This document shows positions 38,522 to 52,585 of a DNA stretch of 64,000 bases, piece by piece; the stretch's first letter is position 1; every line of letters starts with the position of its first letter. The DNA lies in NCBI RefSeq assembly GCF_003918875.1, contig NW_025765015.1, positions 1,178,001-1,242,000 on the forward strand, in the 5' to 3' direction. The notes under the pieces were generated by a model, which searched no databases, was not told the origin of the DNA, and saw nothing but the letters and a program-made list of their open reading frames with translations. This DNA comes from Haliotis rubra. Its lineage: Eukaryota. The position numbers and the translations under genes were made by a program.

Positions 38522-39033
38522 GTGAGCCGCTGGTCTAATACATGAACCATGCCCAGGTGAACAGCTGGTCTAATACATGAACCATGCCCAGGTGAACAGC
38601 TGGTCTAATACATGAACCATGCCCAGGTGAACAGCTGGTCTAATACATGTACCATGCCCAGGTTAGCCGCTTGTCTAATACATGTACCATGCCCAGGTGA
38701 GCTGCTGGTCTAATACATGTACCATGCTGAAGTAGCAGCTGGACTAATACATGTACCATGGTCAGGTGAGCAGCTGGTCTAATACATGTACCATGCTGAA
38801 GTAGCAGCTGGTCTAATACATGTACCATGCTCAGGTAAGCAGCTGGTCTAATACATGTACCATGCTGAAGTAGCAGCTGGTCTAATACATGAACCATGCT
38901 GAAGTAGCAGCTGGTCTAATACATGTACCATGCTCAGGTAAGCAGCTGGTCTAATACATGTACCATGCTGAAGTAGCAGCTGGTCTAATACATCTACCGT
39001 GCTGAAGTAGCAGCTGGTTTAATACATGTACCA
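38519..39033. repeat. Minisatellite, 35/34-bp unit, ~15 copies, starting at the exon donor
   Basis: CAGGTGAACAGCTGGTCTAATACATGAACCATGCC at 38519, 38554... Confidence 0.96.
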
Positions 39034-39167
39034 AGCAACTATCTGCTAACCATGAGAAGTGGCTTGCAGCTGGTCAAGATGTTATGACCAAGCGATGTTT
39101 GGGTGTAGTTGAGGATGAATCTAACAAGGTGATGTTTGGTTATTTGGATCTCACCAGGCGAAATGTG

Positions 39168-40705
39168 CATATAGTTGGGGGCAGGATGTCATCAGGTGAT
39201 GTGTGGGTATAGTTGGGGGCAGGATGTCATCAGGTGATGTGTGGGTATAGTTGGGGACAGGATGTCATCAGGTGATGTGTGGGTATAGTTGGGGACAGGA
39301 TGTCATCAGGTGATGTGTGGGTATAGTTGGGGGCAGGATGTCATCAGGTGATGTGTGGGTATAGTTGGGGACAGGATGTCATCAGGTGATGTGTGGGTAT
39401 AGTTGGGGACAGGATGTCATCAGGTGATGTGTGGGTATAGTTGGGGGCAGGATGTCATCAGGTGATGTGTGGGTATAGTTGGGGACAGGATGTCATCAGG
39501 TGATGTGTGGGTATAGTTGGGGGCAGGATGTCATCAGGTGATGTGTGGGTATAGTTGGGGGCAGGATGTCATCAGGTGATGTGTGGGTATAGTTGGGGGC
39601 AGGATGTCATCAGGTGATGTGTGGGTATAGTTGGGGACAGGATGTCATCAGGTGATGTGTGGGTATAGTTGGGGACAGGATGTCATCAGGTGATGTGTGG
39701 GTATAGATGGGGGCAGGATGTCATCAGGTGATGTGTGGGTATAGTTGGGGACAGGATGCCATCAGGTGATGTGTGGGTATAGATGGGGGCAGGATGTCAT
39801 CAGGTGATGTGTGGGTATAGTTGGGGACAGGATGTCATCAGGTGATGTGTGGGTATAGTTGGGGGCAGGATGTCATCAGGTGATGTGTGGGTATAGTTGG
39901 GGGCAGGATGTCATCAGGTGATGTGTTGGTATAGATGGGGGCAGGATGTCATCAGGTGATGTGTGGGTATAGTTGGGGGCAGGATGTCATCAGGTGATGT
40001 ATGGGTATAGTTGGGGACAGGATGTCATCAGGTGATGTGTGGGTATAGTTGGGGGCAGGATGTCATCAGGTGATGTGTGGGTATAGTTGGGGGCAGGATG
40101 TCATCAGGTGATGTGTGGATATAGTTGGGGGGAGGATGTCATCAGGTGATGTGTGGGTATGGTTGGGGGCAGGATGTCATCAGGTGATGTGTGGGTATAG
40201 ATGGGGGCAGGATGTCATCAGGTGATGTGTGGGTATAGTTGGGGGCAGGATGCCATCAGGTGATGTGTGGATGTAGATGGGGGCAGGATGTCATCAGGTG
40301 ATGTGTGGGTATAGTTGGGGGCAGGATGTCATCAGGTGATGTGTGGGTGTAGATGGGGGCAGGATGTCATCAGGTGATGTGTGGGTATAGTTGGGGGCAG
40401 GATGTCATCAGGTGATGTGTGGGTATAGTTGGGGGCAGGATGTCATCAGGTGATGTGTGGGTATAGTTGGGGACAGGATGTCATCAGGTGATGTATGGGT
40501 ATAGTTGGGGGCAGGATGTCATCAGGTGATGTGTGGGTATAGTTGGGGACAGGATGTCATCAGGTGATGTATGGGTATAGTTGGGGGCAGGATGTCATCA
40601 GGTGATGTGTGGGTATAGTTGGGGGCAGGATGTCATCAGGTGATGTGTGGGTATAGTTGGGGGCAGGATGTCATCAGGTGATGTGTGGGTGTAGTGGGGG
40701 TGCAG
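39168..40705. repeat. G-rich minisatellite, 38-bp unit, ~40 copies
   Basis: GTATAGTTGGGGGCAGGATGTCATCAGGTGATGTGTGG. Confidence 0.98.
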
Positions 40706-41849
40706 GCTCTACAGCTTGTAGATGAAGAAGATAGCATTTTAAAAAAGCATTCATCTTCAAACCGGGAGATCAGTTATTCTTATGCATTAATCTAACTTGA
40801 ACCTGTTGGGACATTTTATGGATGCTTGTACAAGGGAGGTAACTTCAGCAGTTGGAAGATCGCATAATAACAGATTTGAATGATTACCATTTTGTGATAT
40901 TCATTAATACTTCTGACAACATCTGTTACTGTTATGTAGGGCCTAGATACAAATATTCACCAGAAGCTAACTGGTGAAATGTAGACATTGCTGATAAAAG
41001 GAATATGTATGAACCAAGGAATTTGTTGATCAAAGGGATGTAACTCTTGAAGACTTATTGCTTTCCCTGTCAGACTTGCTGGCACATAAGGAAATATCTA
41101 TTTGATTTTGATTTATTACCCAAGAGATATATGCACATAGATTTTAGAAGTGAAAGCCTGTGCTCAGTGTCTTGTGCCATGGACATGCAGTGTACGTAAA
41201 TATGTGAGTATACCCATGCATATTTATATTTTTGGACTTATCTCATTTTGTGTATAAATCATAGACATTTGACCCATTTTATGTTTTCAGTTACTTTGTA
41301 GTTACTGTCATTGTTTCTTTTCTTTATAAGGCATCATTATGAACTTGATTACATTATGACTGCTTGTCAAGAACGCATGACGTATGGCTGGAGATGTCAG
41401 TGGGGTGTTGTATGTGGCGTTGATGTGGGTGAGCCAGTAGTAGTCTTGTTGTTCCAGGAGGGCGGGGCGGCAGAGGGCGAGGAGGGCGTGGGGGGCAACT
41501 CGAGCCCATCACTGACTCTGATTCAGGTTGTATATGTCTGCTCCCTGCTCCGCCTGTATCTGCCTATCACTACCTTACTGTGGTACTTGTAGTTCTGGCT
41601 GTTCTGCTCATGTAGTATCTGTTTTCTTGAGATGAGCCAATTCCCCTATTGTTTGTGTGGTCGAAGCTTACTGTTTGCATGGTATTCACATTGTGCTGAA
41701 CCATGGAACTTCTCAACAGTTAACCCCCATAAAACTAGAGCTGAGTGTCGTGACCCCAGTCTCATAAGACGCTTGTCCAAGACACTAGTCACACAGCTGA
41801 TCACGACCCAAGTCTAATGATAATGCTGAAGTAAGGGACTGGGCCATGG

Positions 41850-43102
41850 CAGGTGGGAGACAATAACCCTGACACGTGAGAGACAGTACCCTGACATGTG
41901 GGAGACAGTATCCTGACATGTGGGAGACAGTACCCTGACATGTGGAAGACAGTACCCTGACATGTGGAAGACAGTACCCTGACAGGTGAGCAACAATACC
42001 CTGACACGTGGGAGACAGTACCCTGACAGGTGGGAGACAATACCCTGACACGTGGGAGACAATACCCTGACATGTGAGCAACAATACCCTGACACGTGGG
42101 AGACAATACCCTGACACGTGAGCAACAATACCCTGACACGTGGGAGACAATACACTGACACGTGGGAGACAGTACCCTGACAGGTGGGAGACAATACCCT
42201 GACACATGAGCAACAATACCCTGACACGTGAGCAACAATACCCTGACACATGAGCAACAATACCCTGACATGTGGGAGACAATACCCTGACACGTGGGAG
42301 ACAGTACCCTGACATGTGGGAGACAATACCCTGACACATGAGCAACAATACCCTGACATATGGTAGACAATACCATGACACGTGAGCAACAACACCCTGA
42401 CACGTGGGAGACAATACCCTGACACACGAGCAACAATACCCTGAAATGTGGGAGACAGTACCCTGACATATGGTAGACAATACCCTGACATGTGGGAGAC
42501 AGTACCCTGACATATGGTAGACAATACCCTCACAGGTGGGAGACAATACCCTGACAGGTGGGAGACAATACCCTGACATGTGAGCAACAGTACCCTGACA
42601 TATGGTAGACAATACCCTGACACGTGAGCAACAATACCCTGACACGTGGGAGACAATACCCTGACACATGAGCAACAATACCCTGACAGGTGGGAGACAG
42701 TACCCTGACACGTGGTAGACAATACCCTGACAGGTGGGAGACAATACCCTGACACATGAGCAACAATACCCTGACAGGTGGGAGACAGTACCCTGACATA
42801 TGGTAGACAATACCCTGACACATGAGCAACAATACCCTGACATGTGGGAGACAGTACCCTGACATATGGTAGACAATACCCTGACATGTGGGAGACAATA
42901 CCCTAACACATGGGAGACAATACCCTGACATGTGGTAGACAATACCCTGACACATGGGAGACAATACCCTGACACATGAGCAACAATACCCTGACATGTG
43001 GTAGACAATACCCTGACACATGAACAACAATACCCTGACACATGAACAACAATACCCTGACATGTGGGAGACAGTACCCTGACACTTGGGAGACGGTACC
43101 CT
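41850..43102. repeat. Minisatellite, 22-bp unit, ~57 copies with interspersed variants
   Basis: GTGGGAGACAATACCCTGACAC with TGAGCAAC / TGGTAGAC variants. Source of the 418- and 357-aa minus-strand ORFs. Confidence 0.98.
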
Positions 43103-46100
43103 TATACCTAATCAGTTGGGGTTTTTTCTGTCTGTGCTCATGTGTTGTTTCTCAAGTTCTTTTTTTTTAATGGACACAAACACTACTTTTTGTACTACTT
43201 TGCACTAAAATCACACAAATGTCTTTTTTTTGCCTTTATAAACAGTGTTAAACTGAAGTTCCTATTAATATCCCACAAATCTATACTACTATAGTCCACT
43301 ATAGTTCATCCATTGCAGCTTTTGTTGATAGTCACTAGCTTTTTTATCATTTATAAGATTGGACTGATACTGCAGACACCAGAAGCTTCGCACCTAACTA
43401 GTAACACTTATATTTACACACCATGTGTTCATTCATTATGTTGTAGTATCCACAAGCCCAAAGTTATCAAATAACTGGAACCTATTATATTTGGATTGGT
43501 CAACCAAAAATGGATATAGGCAGATCACTGATAAACACTAAGTATATGCAATAAAGTCATGAAGAAAAATGCCCTCTATTATGACAAATCTTCCGTGACC
43601 TGTTCAAACCCTGGGTGGTAAAGCTGAACTGATGGGGTCAGGAACAGGCCAGCTCAGGATGACCTGATGTAATGACTTACCAGCTTGGTGTTGGTAGCAC
43701 AGACTTGTTTGTGCATGTTGCATGGGGCTGATTATTACATTTTAGGCGATGTTTGACAAGCTTTTTTGACTTCATTGAATTTTTTGCTTGTTTGGTTTTT
43801 ATTAATTTTTCGTTGTCTCATATTTATAGTAAAAGTTCAAACTTTTTTTCAGTTTTCATTTAGAAAAATAAGATATGGCAAATGCAGTTATTCTTGTCAT
43901 CATTCATATTCTATTGTCAGGTTTAACACAGCCAACAGGGTTCTTGTATACAGATATTGCCTGAATCACTCCGAAACATGGCACAGTAAAGAACGTAACA
44001 GTGTGGTAGATAGGATGAGTAGTAGGTGTACACAGTTTGTTCAAACAGGAGCATGTTTACTTCCAATGTAATAAAACAGGTGTCTAGTGAGCTGGTATCT
44101 ACGTGTTAGACACTGCACTGCTTTATGTTCTGCTGAATGTCATTGAGCTTAAGATATCAGTGTATGTATTGAATAATAAATGATCCGATTAGACTGTATT
44201 AAGAATAGACATGGTTACTAACAGAGTAGGAAAAAGACAGTATAACATTTCAAGACTGATCAGTTCTGTAACACGACTGTGCATACTTTGTTTAAATGTG
44301 CCACTATGTCATATTTTTATGAAAGAATTATTTCAGTGCAGGTTTTCTTTTCTGACCCTGATTTATGTCCGTCCAGTATGTCCAGAGTGAGTGACCATCT
44401 AGTTGTATGTAAATGAGAAAGGACCTTGGATCACCCTGGCCTCCTCCACCCTATCCTGTCTTCCGGACCATTAGTTGGTACATTGATAGGTAATCCTTCG
44501 ACCATAGCTTCAGCAGTTCCATCACAAGAACATAGTGTCCAGCAAGCCCATCTCAGTGGTAATTAGCAGATTACTGGTGAAGTCTGTAGAGGCTAGAGCA
44601 CATTGTGCATGTTTATGTAGGATGCTGAATATATACAGTAACAGTGTAGGAAGTGATGAAGGTCAATAATGCAGTATATATCTGTAATGGCTGTAGATGC
44701 AGTTTGTTTATCTATTTTGCATGGTGAATAACAAATACATTTTTAAGTGCAGCTTGTTATGGATTTTCATAACTATCATCTGAAGTAGCCTGACAGATTT
44801 CAAGTTCCAAAAAGAAGTCACTATTTTGTCGGATGTTTGTAAAATATTTTGAGTATATGTTTCAAATATTGGGTTTTGTGGTCTGTTTTGTTAGTAGACT
44901 TTTACTTTGTGTTAGTTAACAGGAGTATAGACCTTCCTAGACCGAGGGCTGGGCTGCATGAATGTCAAATCTTTTTGATATCACTAGTAACCTCAAAGGT
45001 TGCTCTACACAGAATCGTTTAGTTTGGGTGACTCCAAGTTTAGGCTGAGAGCCTTACAACTACCAGCAATAGTATGGACTGTTGGTAATGTTCATCAGAA
45101 ACAGAGTTGACATGAGCGTATTTTTCTTCAAATTGCCCTATGGCGTCGTCTTTTGTAGTTTACTTACACTCATAATATCATCATTACAGGAGAAAGGTCT
45201 TGAACTACTTCATTAAGTCAGTTCCATTTACATCAAGCACAAGATGTCAAAATGTCTGACAGGATAGGTTTGATGAGAGAGATTTCCAAATTTGTTAATG
45301 AAAGGGTGGTGATTACAAGTGTTGGTCATCATTGATCAGTGGGTCGATCACTGAAAGGTGATTATCAAGATGCATCAAATAGATAATGAAGTATATTCAG
45401 AGATTGCTGTAGAATGTCACTTGTAGTCTAGGCATGGGTTGAGTCAATAGTCTAGATGTGCTGTTAGTTCTTTTGTTCACTAGGTGGGTGATAACGGAAT
45501 ATTTGTGAATGTCGTCATGCACTCTTACCCCCAATGTATTCTAAAACGCTAAGTTCAAGGTCATATGTCTAAATTCTGTCCAAGGAATGTGGAAGTACCC
45601 TGTCATTTATGACATTAATGTGAAAATATTATTTAAGGCAAAATGTGTTGTTCAGTAATTCATGACCATCAGGTTCACAGTCATGTCACTTACCGCTCTG
45701 CCAGTAGAAACAACATACATGAATATATCACACACATATTATATATCATATATAATGTAAACGTAACATTAAAAAAACATTATTATCATACAACAATTTT
45801 TCAACTGAAAGCAATTACTCTGAATTGACATTATAATTTTGTCCAGTCCAATGTCAAATCACTAAATCCTGTGATTGTTTGAAGATGAAGACATTATTTG
45901 ATTGGCTCATCTCATTGTGACATCATCATATTGTGTGTTGCTACATTCTAACACATGGTTCTTTCTCTAACTCTGACCACCTCCCCACCCACTAAGCAAC
46001 TGCCTAACCAGACCCTCCTGGAGACACCCTAATATGGAGATGCCCTAATGTCTGCAAGCAGTAGAGGCTGTTTCACATATTTACACTGAAATATATTCAG

Positions 46101-46168
46101 TTCATTTCAGATAATGTTTGCTGTGATTATGTTTCTGTTGTGATTTGATATAAGCACTGAGTATCTGC

Positions 46169-46217
46169 CAGCCATGTAGCTGGAATACTGCCATATAGCG
46201 TTAAAACAGCAAACAAT
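46169..46217 (+). mobile_element. 5'-truncated SINE/LINE 3' tail with 13-bp TSD
   Basis: GCTGGAATACTGCC...GCGTTAAAAC resembles the SINE tail at ~8260-8290. TSD ACTGAGTATCTGC at 46156-46168 and 46218-46230. Confidence 0.8.
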
Positions 46218-49142
46218 ACTGAGTATCTGCAGTTATATTTGATGTTGTAACCCATTAAAATGAGTGTTTATATAATTCTGCTTTGTTTGTTTTCTGCATA
46301 GATGTTTTGCACATTGATCACAGATCAAGGTGTTTCTTTATGAACACACGGGAAATGTGTTTTAAGTGCATCCAGTGACTCAGAGAAAGTCAACACCAAG
46401 CCAGACCTGGGGAGAGTCATGTGTATTCATACTTTATTCAACATTTGAGATGACGTTTTTTTTCTTATGCTAACATATTTCCAAATATTGATCACTAACA
46501 AAGTACACATGGCAAGTACATGTTTTTGTTACATAGTTTGCCTAAACACTGACAGATGTGGCAACAACTAGGCTAGAGCAAGAGCTGGATGTGAATGAAG
46601 GGTGGAAACTAGTGGCCATGAGAGCTTATATGTTTTATATGTCACAAGCCTATTGTTTTCATCCAGCCTGAGGGATGAGTTCTGTGTTCACAGACTGTGA
46701 CTATTGTGGACCAGGTTTCCTATCAGTATTTAGTCCACAGTCATTGATTGTTCACATTTGCAGTAGGTTGGCTGACTTGTTAACAGTGAATACATGGAGA
46801 TTTAATGGTTGGTCTGGACACATTCATGTGACAACAAGCTGCCAACAGGAACTCAGCTTATTTGTCAACTGTTGTTTGTCGGATCAGTGGGAATTAGTTT
46901 TTATAATAGCTACATTTTATCACCTCAAAATTGTCCCGAAGATACATGACTTACAAAGTGCCGCTCATATACATACAGTCATATTATGTGTTTACTTAGG
47001 ACACAGTGATTGTCAAGGTGAAGTCAGTTTGTTGTGTTTACAGTAACTCTCTCTAACTCAGGCCAATAACAGGGCATGAATTATTGATTAGTTAATCAAA
47101 GTTTTCCTGTAGTTTTTCCTCTAATAGAGAGCAGTCTATGGCTCCTGTGTCGTCAGTGTGAGAAAGATGTCTTTCCGTGACAGCCCTTCAGCTGGGCACA
47201 TCTCCAGCAATCAATGACAGGTCTGGCTGACAACTGTCGTCTGTAGTTATGACAGCCGTCCCACTCTTCCCCAGGGCCAGCACATACAATCGCCCAGCTT
47301 CTCCTCACATGGCAGAAACTGTTTGGGAATTACTAGGGGTTCGCAGCGATCATGCTGTCAGTCTTTCTAAGGCCTGCTGTGGTTGTGAGGTATTCGTTCA
47401 AATACATGCTGTCAACTCATATGTCAGTCTGTAGTCATTTGTATTTTTTGTTGGGTTGTTCTTTTTCCATTTTAAAAATGTTGATTTGGTTACATCACGT
47501 AAAGTTTACCTGCTGAGTTAAAGGTGACCCTGGAAAATGTAAACATGCAGTATGTATTAGTGAGAATGAACGACTCACCTTGATGGCCAGCGCCCCAGGT
47601 AGCAGGGAGGAGACAAGGAGAGGGGGTGACACTGGAACCCCCAGTATCAGCTGATCACTGCCCTGGGCCTCCACTCTTCCTTCTTCCTCCCTCCTTCCCC
47701 TGCCTCCCACACAGCACACTGGTGTAGTGAAGATCCTGGTTGGATGGGCAATCTCAACACTACCTATACTCTGTTTCCCATTTCCAGCTGGAGGAATCCC
47801 TCCCACACTGATTCCTCAGTGCCAAGTAATACCTGCATGCACCATGTCTCCCATCTGTCTACTCACCAACCTGTTCAACCATCTTACCTTTATTGATCAA
47901 ACCTTAAGTGTAGTTCACTCAAGTATAGGGCTTTAATCTTGATTGATTTGGAGAGATGATCCTATTTTCTGCTCTTGGTATGGTGACTGAAGTGTTTATA
48001 CCTTGTTGTTCCCTCAGGGCTAGCAACAAGATCTAGGACCTTGTATGTCAACTGAGGGTGTATCTGTTTGGATATGGTTCTTGGCAAATCCTGTCTTGTA
48101 AGATCAGGTCAATCAGTTTCTGTTTTCTGTGGTAAATCATGGAGACCTAGTTGATTTAATTCTAGTCATCCACATTCCTACAGCCCTTTCTGTCCATACA
48201 ACTTGCAGAAGTATTGTTATGTCCTATTCACAAACCACCAGACACATGTTAAGTAGAATTTTTAGATCACATTCAAGGCCTTTTTGATCTTCTCCTTTTG
48301 TTTTGAATTTAAAGTGAATATTTTGCAAACAGCCTTTCCGTGATAAATGTGGAATATTTGTTTTAGGATGACTCTTGAATGATCTTTATGATCCAGTGCT
48401 AGAAAATATTTTATATTTTCAACTGTCCACAAAAGTCATCACTTACAGAATTGCCTTTTACCTACTGATAAAAGTAGTAGTCCAGAAAGATATGGATGTT
48501 TCCACACTCTAGTGTTCCTCTCTAGGTAATATGGATAATGCATTGTGGTGTGCAAGGTCACGCTGTCCCAGAATGGTGGCATTACAAACAATACCAAGGG
48601 CACATGGGACATATAATGATGTTTCATAGACTTCAACATAATTAGTTTCATGTACCAGTTTTACATATTTTCAAATAGTTTATCATTGTCAAAATATATA
48701 GCTTGTAAATTAGCAAAATGTTCTGTTTCGATAAAGAACTGCTCATTACAACCGGAGAATATAATAACGTACCATTTTTTTCATTTTACAGCTTTAGAGT
48801 AATAATTGATATAAAAGCTGTGTTGTATTATAGACACTTAGCACTATTAGGGATAAAAGATGAGGTTTATGTTAAAACATTTTGTTGTCATGTGGGGTAG
48901 GTGTTGGACATTTTCATACTGCTGTTTGAAATTACATTCTCTGGATAATCTTGCAGTAATGCATTTTCTTTAAATTTTGTTACATGACTTTTTGTCATAC
49001 TGTCACCAGAAACAAGAGTACATACTCTCCTGGCCAGACTATAGAAATGATTTCTCTTAAGTAACCGTGACGACATCAGTGAAAGTCTGGGATTCTGTCT
49101 TGCTGATAAAGCTCAGTCACTAAAATTCCATCCATTCTAATG

Positions 49143-49783
49143 CAGACCTACCATACAAACAGTGAACAAATCCTCAAAACTGAACAAACTCACATGCACC
49201 AAAACAGAACAAAAAATCACCAGAACAGGAAAATATACTTTTTCCAAACTGCAACAATTTCCTCTGAAAATGAAACAACGCATCTGAAATGGAAAACTAA
49301 TCGCTTGAAATGGAAACAAAACTCGCAGTCATGGGACCAGATTGTGCAGAATTGCAAACCTGACACTGAGCAGTATGAACATAGGTTTGAAGCTTACTGC
49401 AATGGGGGTTGGGGGGGTGGGTTGCGCTACATTCCGATATCAAACTTTCAAGATTAGACTCATAGTGACGATAAACATTACTTACCAAAGCCTGTTCGTC
49501 TTCCCACGCCAGCATGTTTGACGATTTTTATGCCATTTCGGAATGCTATTACTGCCATTTTGTACCCTTGGCAACCCTTCTCGGCCGCTCTTGTAGCTGA
49601 TACATGAGTTTTGTTTCTATTTCAAACAATTAGTTTTTTTCATTACATGTGTGTTTGTTTCATTTTCAGAGGAAATTGTTGCAGTTTTGGATGTTTATTT
49701 TCCTATTTTTGTGATTTTTGTTCTGTTTTGGTGTATTTGAGTTCAGTTTTGAGGATTTGTTCACCGTTCGTATGGTAGGCCTG
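49143..49783. mobile_element. hAT-like MITE, 641 bp, ~180-bp imperfect TIRs, 5-bp TSD
   Basis: CAGACCTACCATACAAACAGTGAACAAATCCTCAAAACTGAAC... / ...GTTCAGTTTTGAGGATTTGTTCACCGTTCGTATGGTAGGCCTG, with TAATG on both flanks (49138-49142, 49784-49788). Confidence 0.88.
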
Positions 49784-49901
49784 TAATGATGACTGTTTTA
49801 TTTTAAGGAAACTGAGGTTTGTTGAACTTTTTTCCATAGAAACATTCATGTATGGATGTAAAGAGTCATGGACATGGTGTATTGCTCATGTACATGTTGT
49901 G

Positions 49902-50055
49902 NNNNNNNNNNNNNNNNNNNNNNNNNNNNNNNNNNNNNNNNNNNNNNNNNNNNNNNNNNNNNNNNNNNNNNNNNNNNNNNNNNNNNNNNNNNNNNNNNNN
50001 NNNNNNNNNNNNNNNNNNNNNNNNNNNNNNNNNNNNNNNNNNNNNNNNNNNNNNN
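49902..50055. other. Assembly gap (154 N)
   Basis: Run of N. Confidence 1.
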
Positions 50056-51859
50056 TAGTTGTCAGCTCATTTTCCCAAGGTGTCAGTATCATTACCAAGA
50101 TTTACTACAACCTTTTGGGCTGTAGTTTATTGTGCAGAAGATAAATGGTACAGATAAGAGGAGTCTCTAATCCTGCAATACTTGCTATCTTCACTGAAGG
50201 AAACGTTTTATCACTCATGGACATAGCAAACTTTAGCTTTACCAAGTCTGATTTACATAAAGAGATACTGGTCCTCTACAGAGGTGATTATCAACATTAG
50301 ACTTCGGTAAAAAGATTGGACCCAAAAGCCATCATCCCATGAGTAACTACATGTATAAGGTTAAAATTAAGTTTGCCTTTGTTAAAGGTACAGCCACTTC
50401 AAAAGGAATCTTTGTTCACTCAACTCAGTGTGTTCAGCTTTGTGCTAAGGTTGTTGGCTTCGTGATATCATCAGCTGGATATATCACGGAATAGTTGATG
50501 GCATGGGATTCCGCTGCCGATTATTATGAGAAGAGTCGCATTATCAGATAAAATTCAAGTGAATTTTTGTCATGATCTGTTGTCTGTTGCCCACCAGTCA
50601 TAATCTTTAACACTGTCAACATCACTGAAACAATAATGCTTCTGTATTGATGGTTTTGGCAATTATGTCTCTGAACATTGCTTTCTGAAGAACTCTTATC
50701 TGATTTTAGACTTGGTTAAATTGTTGGCCATGTTGAAGCCTTTTCCCAGTTACTCAGCCATTTCTGTTTGTCGTGTTGTAAGGTTTGACATGCATTGAGT
50801 ATGTGGTATGTTTCAAAACCTGTTGCACTTTGTTTGGTCACAAGTTGACATAACCTTTATCTTTGACCTTTCATCATTGTGGCTGCTATGTGAAACATTG
50901 GCATTGTGCATATTCCTCCACCCAGCAGTCATTGAATTATCAAGGGGAAATTTTATGTAATTAGGATGCCTGTTAAGTATAAAGGTCAGGGTTTTTTTCA
51001 ACATTTCTGTTTACCCAGTCCATGTAATATGACCTTTCGGATGTAATGTTGCAAATATTCCCCAACGATTTAGGTGATCAATCTGTATAACCTGATGTCA
51101 TGGGAGTGTTTTGTTGTTGACAGTGATGCTTGGTTCCAGCAACACTCAGTGGCCTTCACCTGCAGAATGAAGGCTTCCATGTAATTAATGCTAAACAGAA
51201 ACATGTACAGACAGACAGAGATTATCTTTCATTACTGTGGATCCCATTTGGCTCACCTTTTGAGCAAGTAGGAAAAAATGTAATTTTCATATTTTGGTCT
51301 TCAATTATTGTTACTGGCAGTCAGAATGTGTTTGATTCATGCAGTGGAGCCCATGATGGTGTTTGGGTGTAAGAAGTTGTATGTGCACACTGTGGTAGTC
51401 ATGTAATCTGGTGGCCACACTCCAACTAGGTACAGCTGTACTGCTATGCCCTGTGAGTACCAGACTCATGAATGGCTTGTGTTGTGATTGAACATGATTA
51501 CCTTGAAATTTGAAACAAAATCAGCAATTGATCAACAAATATCAACAGGCAGCAACTTGCCATAAGCCATATGCCATTGTTTTCCCAACCTGTCAGTCTG
51601 CGATTGTTATGGGTCCATGCTTCACTGATCTCATTGTGCGGACATCATACACTATAACACTCTGCCCCATGTTGTGTAGCTGTCAAAAAACCCATGCTAC
51701 ACACCACCATGGCTTAGATTCAAGAATTGTTAAAGTGGATGATATTACTATAAACAGATTTATTGTTCACTATCTTCAAATAGGGTACTAACAAGTGGTA
51801 TCCATGCTGTATTCTGGTACCTGAGGAACCCTCTTGACAGTGGGTAGCCAAACCTGCAG

Positions 51860-52168
51860 CAACCTGCCCCACCCTGCCATGCCCTGTCCCACCCTTCCAG
51901 GCCCTGCCACTCCCTGTCCCACCTTGCCATCACCTGCCACTCCCTGTCCCACCTTGCCATCACCTGCCACACCCTGTTCCACCACACCCTGTCCAACCCT
52001 GTCCTACCCTGCCATGACCTGCCACACCTGTCCCACCCTGCCACACTCTGCAACACCCTGCAACACCCTGCAACACCCTGCCACACAGTCCCAACCAGCC
52101 ACACCCTGTCCTACCCTGCAACACCCTGTCCTACCTTGCCATGCCCTACCCCACCCTGTCCCACCTGC
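51860..52168. repeat. Degenerate C-rich short-period tandem repeat (10-bp-based, with 31-bp higher order)
   Basis: CCACCCTGCC/CACCCTGTCC reiteration. Confidence 0.85.
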
Positions 52169-52585
52169 AAACGGTTACCTTGTTTGGGCTGTGCAGAGTT
52201 ACAGTTGCAACATCAGATGTACAAATAAAGCAGCTGCAAAAACAAGTGATGTGGACAGAACAAACACTGTCCTCCACTCCCATCTATCATTCACCTGACT
52301 TCACAAGGGTTGGTATGAAAGTCTTGTGCAAGCAGCATGCATTGGAATGTGTTTCTGCTCCATTTGTTGTTTGGTTTGTTGTTGTCCACTTTCATCCTCA
52401 AAGCAGGCAATTAGAGAGCGACTGGCCCATGACCTTCAGTGACAGTCGGTCAGACAGACCACATGCATTTTTCAGTGCTTCTAGTGATGCACTTGCCACC
52501 TGATGACACACAGCTTATCAAAACATGAAATATTTGTATAGTGTGTGTGTATGGCATGTGAAACATGTTGTGCATATAACACAAT

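Noticed and set aside
41785-43085. Cys-rich 418- and 357-aa ORFs; superficially CRISPR-like short repeats
   Set aside because: 22-bp head-to-tail minisatellite with no unique spacers, in a eukaryotic context with no cas genes
47249-47395. ORF MTAVPLFPRAS... with GAG|GTATTC donor as another first exon
   Set aside because: Phase 0 is incompatible with the phase-1 downstream junction; weak donor; no homology
49848-50144. ORFs spanning poly-X
   Set aside because: Artefacts of the N gap
50100-50800. Possible second LINE RT relic on - strand (LSNWEKA...NM..N..KSK-like fragments)
   Set aside because: Motifs too fragmentary to support by eye; needs a translated search
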